NCBI GenBank assembly: GCA_022729235.1
Contig: JALDAJ010000001.1
Span: 320,001-384,000 of the forward strand
DNA length: 64,000 nucleotides
Reading direction: 5' to 3'
From: Candidatus Nanohalarchaeota archaeon
GTDB lineage: Archaea > Nanohalarchaeota > Nanosalinia > Nanosalinales > Nanosalinaceae
The notes under the pieces are model-generated. The model was given only the letters and a program-made list of their open reading frames with translations, had not been told where the DNA came from and searched no databases. The position numbers and the translations under genes are program-made. This document shows positions 57,205 to 64,000 of this stretch, piece after piece; position 1 is the first letter of the stretch, and each line of letters begins with the position of its first letter.

Positions 57205-58737
57205 ATGTCGAACAGAACCCTGAATATACTGGTAAAGGGTGCAGGACTCGCCGCATTGGGAATGGTGATTTCCAAGTTCCTGAGCTACCTCTACCGCGCC
57301 GTAGTCGCCCGGATGATAGGACCGGAGGCTTACGGTCAGCTCTCGCTGGCGCTGATGGTTCTGAACGTTGTCGGCGTAATCGCTTACCTCGGGCTTGACA
57401 CAGGGATGCAGAAGTTTATCGCGAAGTACCGCGAAAAGAATGAACCGTCCTCTATCAGAGGTACATTTCTCTCCGCCTTCCACATCGGTATACCCGTTGC
57501 TCTCACGATGAGCGCTATCATGTTTCTTTCAGCAGACTTTGTCGCAATGAACATATTCGAGAGTCCTGAACTCGCACCTCTCATAAAGGTGCTGGCGTTC
57601 GTGCCGCCTTTCGGCGTGGTCTCCCAGATCAGTCTTTCAACCACTCTCGGCTTCGAGAAAATGAAGTACCGTGTACTGACAAAACAGGTATTCCAGAACA
57701 TCGTACAGCTACTGGCGACGGTAGGCTTCATCTACATGGGATACGGCGTCGTAGGCGCGGCAGGAGGCTGGCTTGTAGGAACAGTGCTTGGTGCATTCGC
57801 CATACTCTACTTCGCCTGGAAGTTGATCGGACCGTTGAAAGGCACCACCAGGGACTACAACCACCATGAGCTTTTCAACTACTCCTTCCCTCTTCTGCTC
57901 TCCGGCGTGATCGGCACTCTGCTCGGGATGGCGGATACCGCGCTGATAGGTTATTTCATGGACGATGCCTCGGTAGGATTCTACAACGCCGCTCTTCCTA
58001 TCGCTGCACTAATACTCCTGCCTTACAGCGCATTCAGCGGTCTCGCATTGCCCTCGATGTCCCGCGTGGTTGAAAGCGAAGAGCTGGAGCTGTCCTCGGT
58101 ACTGAAAACTCTTACACGGTGGACTTTCCTCGTATCATTCCCTGCAGCAGTCCTCATGATACTGTTCTCCGAGCAGGTCCTGCACCTGCTGTTCGGTCGA
58201 GAGTACACTGTCGCATCAACCGCATTAATCATCCTTTCTCTGGGCTACATGTTCTCGACAGCGGTAGGACACCTCGGAAAGGTCATCAAGGCGATAGGCA
58301 GGACAGAGATAATCTTCAGGAACACTGTCGGCAACCTATTTCTCAACATAATACTGAACGTGATACTCATCCCCCGGTACGGCATCGTCGGCGCGGCGAT
58401 AGCGACCGCCGTATCGACCGTTTTCGTCAATACTCTACTGTTGATAGAGACCTACTACTTCGAGAGAACGCATCCGTTCTCCCGGCACAACTGGAAACCC
58501 GTGGCGGCGGCGATACCTGGAGTCATACTGATCTACTTCGCGCTTGAAACCCTCTATACAACGGTGCCGTTCTGGACACTGGTACCCGGTGGAATCGCGT
58601 TCGGTGTAATCTACCTTCTCGCGGTGATAGGTCTCGGAGCTGTACGGGAAGAAGACCGCGACATAATCGTCGGCGGGTTCAGGATGATAAACCAGGAAGA
58701 ACTTGGCGAGAAAGTCGCCGACCTTTTAATTAGATAA
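57205..58737 (+). CDS. Wzx/MOP-family oligosaccharide flippase
   Basis: ARMIGPEAYG, DTALIGYF...VGFYNAA and LIPRYGIVGAAIAT motifs. Confidence 0.92.
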   Translation: MSNRTLNILVKGAGLAALGMVISKFLSYLYRAVVARMIGPEAYGQLSLALMVLNVVGVIAYLGLDTGMQKFIAKYREKNEPSSIRGTFLSAFHIGIPVALTMSAIMFLSADFVAMNIFESPELAPLIKVLAFVPPFGVVSQISLSTTLGFEKMKYRVLTKQVFQNIVQLLATVGFIYMGYGVVGAAGGWLVGTVLGAFAILYFAWKLIGPLKGTTRDYNHHELFNYSFPLLLSGVIGTLLGMADTALIGYFMDDASVGFYNAALPIAALILLPYSAFSGLALPSMSRVVESEELELSSVLKTLTRWTFLVSFPAAVLMILFSEQVLHLLFGREYTVASTALIILSLGYMFSTAVGHLGKVIKAIGRTEIIFRNTVGNLFLNIILNVILIPRYGIVGAAIATAVSTVFVNTLLLIETYYFERTHPFSRHNWKPVAAAIPGVILIYFALETLYTTVPFWTLVPGGIAFGVIYLLAVIGLGAVREEDRDIIVGGFRMINQEELGEKVADLLIR

Positions 58738-58759
58738 AAGCCTTCCATAAATAACGTAC

Positions 58760-59437
58760 GTGATAAAACGCAGATTAAAATCAGGGGTAAAGGAAAACAA
58801 AGCATCAGCACTGTTCCTGCTACAAATATACAAACACATCTTCCGGTTCTATTACAGGTTCAAGACATGGTGGATGTACGGCAGGAGATACGAGGCTGAC
58901 ATGGATCCTTTTAACCTGATCTGGGTAAATCCTGCGGAAATCGAGAACAAGTTGGAAAAGAAGGAACGGAAATACTTTTTTGCAAGCCATGTCCGGGGCG
59001 GAGACTGGGACCTCAAAACCGACGATTTTGAGAATTCAGGGCAGTTCAGGCGCGTAAAGAAAGTAGTGGAGGACGGAGATGGCGATGAAAAGACAAGAGA
59101 ACTCTACAATTCAATCAGGAAAAATGGGTACAAGACGCAGGAAGAACTCTCTAAAGAGACTGTCACAGCCACTTCCAAGGATACCACCATCGATCCCTAC
59201 CTGGGAGAGATAAACGAGATAATGGTATGCATAGGTAGAGAAGGAGACATACTATTCCGGGATGGCGGGCACCGTTTATCGATAGCTAAAATACTGGATA
59301 TAGAGAGCATACCTGTCAGAGTAGTCAAGAGACACCGAAAATGGCAGGAAAAAAGAGACAGGGCTATAAATAATCCTGAAAGCCTCGACGATAGATACCT
59401 GAGACATCCTGACATCAAGCCGCTTCTCAAAGACTAA
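58760..59437 (+). CDS. ParB/Srx-like domain protein
   Basis: LYNSIRKNGY...IGREGDILFRDGGHRLSIAKIL..ESIPVRVVKRH. Confidence 0.75.
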   Translation: MIKRRLKSGVKENKASALFLLQIYKHIFRFYYRFKTWWMYGRRYEADMDPFNLIWVNPAEIENKLEKKERKYFFASHVRGGDWDLKTDDFENSGQFRRVKKVVEDGDGDEKTRELYNSIRKNGYKTQEELSKETVTATSKDTTIDPYLGEINEIMVCIGREGDILFRDGGHRLSIAKILDIESIPVRVVKRHRKWQEKRDRAINNPESLDDRYLRHPDIKPLLKD

Positions 59438-59649
59438 TCCAGGTATCCCAGTCCGCGTAGCCGTTTCTTGACCTCTTCTTCCTCTTCCTCACTGTAAGAA
59501 GACTCCTGCTGTTCTTTCTCCTTCTTTATCTTATCGACGACCTGCTCAAGAAGGTGCTCGATGTATTCTCCCGTATCATCGAAGTCTTTTTCCTCTGCAC
59601 GCGCCTCTAGAACACTGTAAATATCATCGTCTACTTCAACTGTCGCCAT
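59434..59649 (-). CDS. CopG/RHH-like small protein with an LxxLGY tail
   Basis: TVEVDDDIYSVLEARAEEKDF...EYIEHLL...YSEEEEEEVKKRLRGLGYLD. Confidence 0.82.
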   Translation of the reverse strand: MATVEVDDDIYSVLEARAEEKDFDDTGEYIEHLLEQVVDKIKKEKEQQESSYSEEEEEEVKKRLRGLGYLD

Positions 59650-59686
59650 CTTTTAACCACTACCTCTAGCTTGAAACACTCATCTT

Positions 59687-60286
59687 TTATAGGTCAAGGG
59701 AGCCGAGCTTCTCACGGAACTCCTCGTTTCTGAGTAACGGTTCCGAGTCCCTATACGCACTCACCAGGTCGTTCCTACCACTCATTTGCTCTTCCACATC
59801 CCGGAGTATTCTTTTTCCTTTCCCACCACCGTCGAAGTATTCGTACAGCGACTCACACATCGCCAGATAGTTGAACATCGGGCTTTCCTCCCTGTAACGC
59901 TTCATACCGATAAGGTGTAGCCCGTCGTCCGCCCGGATGATATTCCCGTAGTTGAAGTTCGGGAAGTACACCTCGACACCTTTTTCTTCCAGCTGTTCCG
60001 AGAACCTGTACGCAGCCTCCATCAACTCACCGATGTTCCGGGAACGCGGGCGGAACTTCCTGCCCTCAATGAACCTGTCCTCTACAAGGCAGTACCCGTC
60101 TACCTCTTTTACGACCTCGAAAGGTTGTACCTCTATCTCGCGGTTAGCGGAGTTAACCCTCTCTATACTCTCCGCCGTGGAGAAATCAATCCTGTTCTCC
60201 GGCACCATCTTCAGTACTCTACCTTTGTCCGGCTGTATACTGGTGAGCGCGTTGCCAGTCCGGATTATACCGTCCTCGAAACTCAC
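59687..60286 (-). CDS. Hypothetical protein, possibly a degenerate kinase-like fold
   Basis: VLK, E.RFIEG and NFNYGNII...LHLIG resemble APH/PKL motifs without the catalytic Asp residues. Confidence 0.5.
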   Translation of the reverse strand: MSFEDGIIRTGNALTSIQPDKGRVLKMVPENRIDFSTAESIERVNSANREIEVQPFEVVKEVDGYCLVEDRFIEGRKFRPRSRNIGELMEAAYRFSEQLEEKGVEVYFPNFNYGNIIRADDGLHLIGMKRYREESPMFNYLAMCESLYEYFDGGGKGKRILRDVEEQMSGRNDLVSAYRDSEPLLRNEEFREKLGSLDL

Positions 60287-61185
60287 TGTCTCTCACCCAC
60301 GATAACATAATGCGGTGCGAAGAACCCTAGAAACCAGGAAGGCAGTAACGAAAACATTTTTGCACCTACACCCTGTTTCCGGTTCTCCGGCACGAACACG
60401 TTGCTGAAGAAGTACCTTAGTTTTTCCAGCGGCACCATGAAGCGCGGGAACCTGTAGCTCCTCAAGGGCGCATAGAACTTGACGTTTTCAAAACCTGATT
60501 CCTCCAAGAGTTCCTCGTAACCTTTTCTCGAATGCGTATAAACCTCGTAACCTCCTTTACCTCTCAGTTTAGAGTAAGCGTTAGCGAGCTTTCTCGGCAA
60601 CAGGTTAGTCCCCCAGAGACCGTTGTGGTCCTTCCAGCCCAGGAAGTACTGGGCGCCGAAACGGTTCTCGATACCGATCACAACCTTCCCGCCCTCATCC
60701 AGCTGGTCGTTCACGTGCTCTAGAAACTCTCTCTGGCTCTCCCTCGGATCTTCACTGTTCGTAGAAACCGGTATCCACTCCAGAACACCTACCATGTAGG
60801 CGGCGTCGAAATTATCGTCGAAATCCATCTCCGCGGCGTTTCCCGCCACTACTTCAACGTTCTCTCTCCCTTCATCTTCAGCTCTTAGCTCCGTTAATTC
60901 GGCGCACTTCTCGTTCACGTCGACCGCCGTGACCCTGTCGCAGATATCGGAAAGCTTCATAGAAAGCGCGCCGTAACCACAGCCGACTTCGAGTACGCGG
61001 TCGCAGTCATCGACCGCGAAGGCGAGGTAGCTGTCTATCAAACCATTATTGAACCTGTTAAGAAACCCTGGAAACTCCTTTCTACAATCACTTAGTGCTT
61101 CCGATAAACCATCCCTCCTAGCCTTTTCTATAAAATCTCCTAGAAAATCCTTCCCCGCCAGACCATAACGCTCAGACATAAACAA
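60283..61185 (-). CDS. Class I SAM-dependent methyltransferase
   Basis: VLEVGCGYG, GVLEW and GIENRFG...DH motifs. Confidence 0.88.
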   Translation of the reverse strand: MFMSERYGLAGKDFLGDFIEKARRDGLSEALSDCRKEFPGFLNRFNNGLIDSYLAFAVDDCDRVLEVGCGYGALSMKLSDICDRVTAVDVNEKCAELTELRAEDEGRENVEVVAGNAAEMDFDDNFDAAYMVGVLEWIPVSTNSEDPRESQREFLEHVNDQLDEGGKVVIGIENRFGAQYFLGWKDHNGLWGTNLLPRKLANAYSKLRGKGGYEVYTHSRKGYEELLEESGFENVKFYAPLRSYRFPRFMVPLEKLRYFFSNVFVPENRKQGVGAKMFSLLPSWFLGFFAPHYVIVGERQ

Positions 61186-61214
61186 AACTTAGAACCCGGG
61201 ATTTGTATAGGCTT

Positions 61215-61940
61215 TCAGTCCCTGAGATCGTACTCCCTGTTAGCCTCTCTCAATCTTTCCGGAGTACCAACATCTATCCTGTCTCCCTTTATCTCCCTGT
61301 AACCGACTTTCTCTCCGTCCTCCCTCATCTTATCGATCGCGTCAGTTAACTGGTATTCTCCACCGGCACCCGTGCCTATCTTCTCTATAGCGTCAAATAT
61401 CGAGGGCTCGAAAACGTACATCCCCGAGATAGCTAAATCCGAAGGCGCCTCACCTTCAGATGGTTTCTCGACTAGACCATTAACGATACCGTCCTCACCA
61501 TCTATAACACCGTAGGAAGTTACATCGTCTGGGCAGAAAGCTCCAATCGTCGCCTCAAGACCGTTTTCCTGGTGGAAATCGACCAGGTCGGGCATCGCTC
61601 TCTTGTCATCCACGTAGTTGTCGCCGAGGATGACCGCAAAAGTTTCGTCACCTATAACGTGTTCCCCTGCTTTAACCGCGCCCGCGAGACCGTCCCTATC
61701 GTCCTGGACCACGTATGTCAGCTGTACTCCCAGTTCTTCACCGGAACCGAGATAATCGATTATAGCGTGCTGTTTCCAGCCGACAACGATAGTAATATCG
61801 GTTATACCCGCTTCCTTCATGTCTTCTATAGCGTGGTGGATAACGGCTTTCTCTCCAACCGGTAGAAGTTCCTTGGGGTAAGCATTGGTAAACGGCTCCA
61901 TGCGCGTGCCCTTACCCGCCGCAGGAATCAGACCCTTCAT
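61215..61940 (-). CDS. Glucose-1-phosphate nucleotidyltransferase (AglF/RfbA-like)
   Basis: GLIPAAGKGTRMEPFT..YPKELLP, LGDN, EKP, EYQLTDA and DVGT motifs. Confidence 0.92.
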   Translation of the reverse strand: MKGLIPAAGKGTRMEPFTNAYPKELLPVGEKAVIHHAIEDMKEAGITDITIVVGWKQHAIIDYLGSGEELGVQLTYVVQDDRDGLAGAVKAGEHVIGDETFAVILGDNYVDDKRAMPDLVDFHQENGLEATIGAFCPDDVTSYGVIDGEDGIVNGLVEKPSEGEAPSDLAISGMYVFEPSIFDAIEKIGTGAGGEYQLTDAIDKMREDGEKVGYREIKGDRIDVGTPERLREANREYDLRD

Positions 61941-62051
61941 CAGTTGAAATTCAGGTCGAGAATCTTTTATGGTTAGTCATAGACGTAGTCCTGGAAGATA
62001 CATAGAACTATAGCCGTTAGAGATAAAAGTATCACGATAGTATAGAGATTT

Positions 62052-62252
62052 ATGACATCGAAGTCTGTTCCCACGAAATTCCCTGAAAAAATGCTAGAAG
62101 AACTCAATGAAGCGGTAGAAGAAGGATGGTATGCGAACAGGTCAGAGCTTGTTAGAGACGCTGTAAGAGAGAGGTTACGGGAGCTGAAGTCAGAAAGACT
62201 GGAAGAAGCCATCAAGGAAGACGTGGAATGGGGTCTGAAAAGTGATCGATGA
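62052..62252 (+). CDS. RHH antitoxin
   Basis: EGWYANRSELVRDAVRE. Overlaps the PIN gene. Confidence 0.85.
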   Translation: MTSKSVPTKFPEKMLEELNEAVEEGWYANRSELVRDAVRERLRELKSERLEEAIKEDVEWGLKSDR

Positions 62253-62724
62253 AGCTGTTCTGGACGCCGGACCAGTTATACATCTAGAGCAGATAGAAAG
62301 CCTGGAGCTGCTGGATTTTATCGGAAAGATGTACGTTTCTGGAGAAGTGGCGGATGAGATAGGAAAAGGCATTACAGAACAAATCAACGTGGTGGAAAAA
62401 CCGCTCGAAGGAGAAGCAAAAGACAACGCAAAATACCTCAGCAACAAGTACAACATAGAACTCGGTGAGGCAACCGCGATATCGCTCTGCCAGCAAAAAG
62501 GTGTAAAGATACTATTTACAGACGACCTAAACGCAAGAAAAGTCGCGGAGAGAGTCGGTCTGGAGCCTCACGGGACACTAGCCATAGTCACAAGAGCCTA
62601 CTCCGAAGGTATAATAGAGGAAGAGAAAGCAAAGACAGTGATCGAACAACTACGGAAAGACTCCCGCCTCTTCCTAACATCAGACCTTGTAAGATGGGCG
62701 AAAGAAAGGATAGAAAAACACTGA
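62242..62724 (+). CDS. PIN-domain toxin (DUF3368/COG2405-like)
   Basis: VLDAGPVIHL, LGEATAI, TDDLNAR and HGTL motifs. Confidence 0.88.
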   Translation: MIDEAVLDAGPVIHLEQIESLELLDFIGKMYVSGEVADEIGKGITEQINVVEKPLEGEAKDNAKYLSNKYNIELGEATAISLCQQKGVKILFTDDLNARKVAERVGLEPHGTLAIVTRAYSEGIIEEEKAKTVIEQLRKDSRLFLTSDLVRWAKERIEKH

Positions 62725-62774
62725 AAAGTTCGAAGTCCCATATCGCATAACCAACAACCACCATGTTAGATTTT

Positions 62775-62799
62775 TCTATCAAATGATAGATTTTTATAA
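62775..62799 (+). promoter_or_regulatory. Palindromic operator plus TATA box of the MNT-HEPN pair
   Basis: TCTATCA-AA-TGATAGA followed by TTTTATAA, about 25 nt before ATG 62821. Confidence 0.5.
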
Positions 62800-62820
62800 C
62801 ACCAGATATAATTTTTGAAC

Positions 62821-63342
62821 ATGTACAGCGAGAACAAGCTGAAAGTGTTAGAACAGTTCTTTGAGAGACCGACGCACAGGTTCCAGCTCAGGGAGTTATC
62901 CAGAGCGTCAGATGTATCTCTGCCATCGGTCAAGAACTACATCGAGGAATTCATGGAACAGAGCCTCGTTGAACGCGATGAGGACGGAGTATACCCTGGA
63001 TACTCGGCATCCATGAACCAGAAATTCAAGCTTGAGAAAAAACTCTACACAGTCCGGAAGCTCCACAAAACAGGACTGATCGATAAAATCGTCGATGAAG
63101 TAACACCTGATGCAGTAGTGCTTTTCGGCTCAGCGGCAAAAGGAGAGGACATAGAACAGAGCGATATCGACATACTGGCAGTTTCCTCCGAAAAACAGAT
63201 ACATCTAGAGGAGTTCGAAGAAGAGTTAAACAGGGAGATAAACGTTACATTCGTGAAGACAGAGGAGCTGAAAAAGAACGAAGAGTTCGCGAACAGCGTC
63301 GCGAACGGCATAGTACTAGACGGATACCTGGTGGTCAGATGA
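62821..63342 (+). CDS. wHTH-MNT minimal nucleotidyltransferase antitoxin
   Basis: LRELSRASDVSLPSV (HTH) and LFGSAAKGED...SDIDIL. Confidence 0.9.
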   Translation: MYSENKLKVLEQFFERPTHRFQLRELSRASDVSLPSVKNYIEEFMEQSLVERDEDGVYPGYSASMNQKFKLEKKLYTVRKLHKTGLIDKIVDEVTPDAVVLFGSAAKGEDIEQSDIDILAVSSEKQIHLEEFEEELNREINVTFVKTEELKKNEEFANSVANGIVLDGYLVVR

Positions 63343-63770
63343 ACTGGGGAGAATGCAAGGGAGAGAAAGTATTCGAAAGACAGGTCAACCCGGAGGAAGC
63401 CAGATCGCTCCTGAAAATGGCAAGGCTAAGGAAAAAAGATAATGAAAGAAGGGAAGTCAGGGACGAAAACGTATCACTGATAATCGAAAGCCACTGGGAA
63501 ACGATCAAACAACTCTCCACAGGACTCCTGATACTCGAAGGCTACAAATCATACTCACAGGAATGCCTCATAGAATTCCTGAAAGAGTTCCACGAAATAC
63601 CGGAAAAAGACATCCAGAAGATGAACCAGGTCAGAAAACTCAGGAACGACATCGACTACCGCGGAAAATTCCTCGACCAGGACTACCTCGAAAGAAACCA
63701 GGAACAGATACACAACATAATCCACAAACTCGAACAAAAACTCGAAACCAAGCTTGAAGATGATACCTAG
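63339..63770 (+). CDS. HEPN-domain protein (toxin partner)
   Basis: Overlaps the MNT gene (ATGA). GYKSYSQECLI and RKLRNDIDYRG motifs. Confidence 0.8.
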   Translation: MNWGECKGEKVFERQVNPEEARSLLKMARLRKKDNERREVRDENVSLIIESHWETIKQLSTGLLILEGYKSYSQECLIEFLKEFHEIPEKDIQKMNQVRKLRNDIDYRGKFLDQDYLERNQEQIHNIIHKLEQKLETKLEDDT

Positions 63771-63849
63771 CGTTCTCTATTATTTTCCAACCCTCTAATG
63801 TTCAAACAGAAACCAACATAGTTAAAACAAAACAAATTACCAACAAAAC

Positions 63850-64000
63850 ATGGAAATCTCGATAATAGGAACCGGATACGTAGGTCTTCCGGCAGGCGCC
63901 GGACTAGCTAAACACGGACATAACGTGCGGTGTGTCGATATCGACGAGGAGAAAGTCGAGAAGATCAATAAAGGTGAATGCCCGATCTTCGAGGAAGGTT
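63850..64000 (+). CDS. aglM: UDP-glucose 6-dehydrogenase, N-terminal part (runs off the right edge)
   Basis: MEISIIGTGYVGL...HNVRCVDIDEEKVEKINKGECPIFEEG. Confidence 0.88.
   Translation, partial: MEISIIGTGYVGLPAGAGLAKHGHNVRCVDIDEEKVEKINKGECPIFEEG

Noticed and set aside
58760-59437. Chromosome-partitioning ParB
   Set aside because: There is no HTH/dimerisation region and no parA, and the context is glycan biosynthesis.
1-64000. Many short S/T/P-rich ORFs in the track (e.g. 4508..5011, 25303..25926, 35306..35929)
   Set aside because: They are antisense or off-frame shadows of well-supported acidic genes.

Overview
A compact, gene-dense archaeal segment with a strongly acidic (D/E-rich) proteome, short intergenic spacers and leaderless or GGTGA-led genes. 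It most likely comes from a nanohaloarchaeon (DPANN); that is an inference, not a database result. 1-24 kb: a partial RimK-like ATP-grasp gene, an operon-like set of unknown membrane and coiled-coil proteins, DUF357/dph5/trm5, paralogous acidic and Tat-type proteins, and a large cell-surface cluster (Ig/PKD/CARDB proteins, three paralogous lipoproteins and a related 956-aa membrane protein). 24-41 kb: mostly housekeeping genes (pelota, HtrA, DipZ-like thioredoxin, tdk, tRNA-Ser(GCT), CdpB-like PRC-barrel, SAMP, MazG, OGG1-like glycosylase, NAC, secD/secF). 41-64 kb: an N-glycosylation/surface-glycan island (aglB, AglH-like GPT, GT-C, aglJ, flippase, epimerases, aglF-like, partial aglM) with three toxin-antitoxin pairs. 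The island also holds a CysD-like sulfate-activating enzyme, two AlkP-superfamily enzymes and two tiny RHH-like proteins. The CysD-like and RHH-like proteins end in an L(R/K)xLGY tail that the AlkP enzymes lack; this is the best candidate for an undescribed system. Twin-hairpin elements sit between an RBS and its start codon and inside a degenerate tRNA 3' copy. No rRNA, CRISPR array, integrase or transposase was seen. All product calls come from reading motifs by eye.
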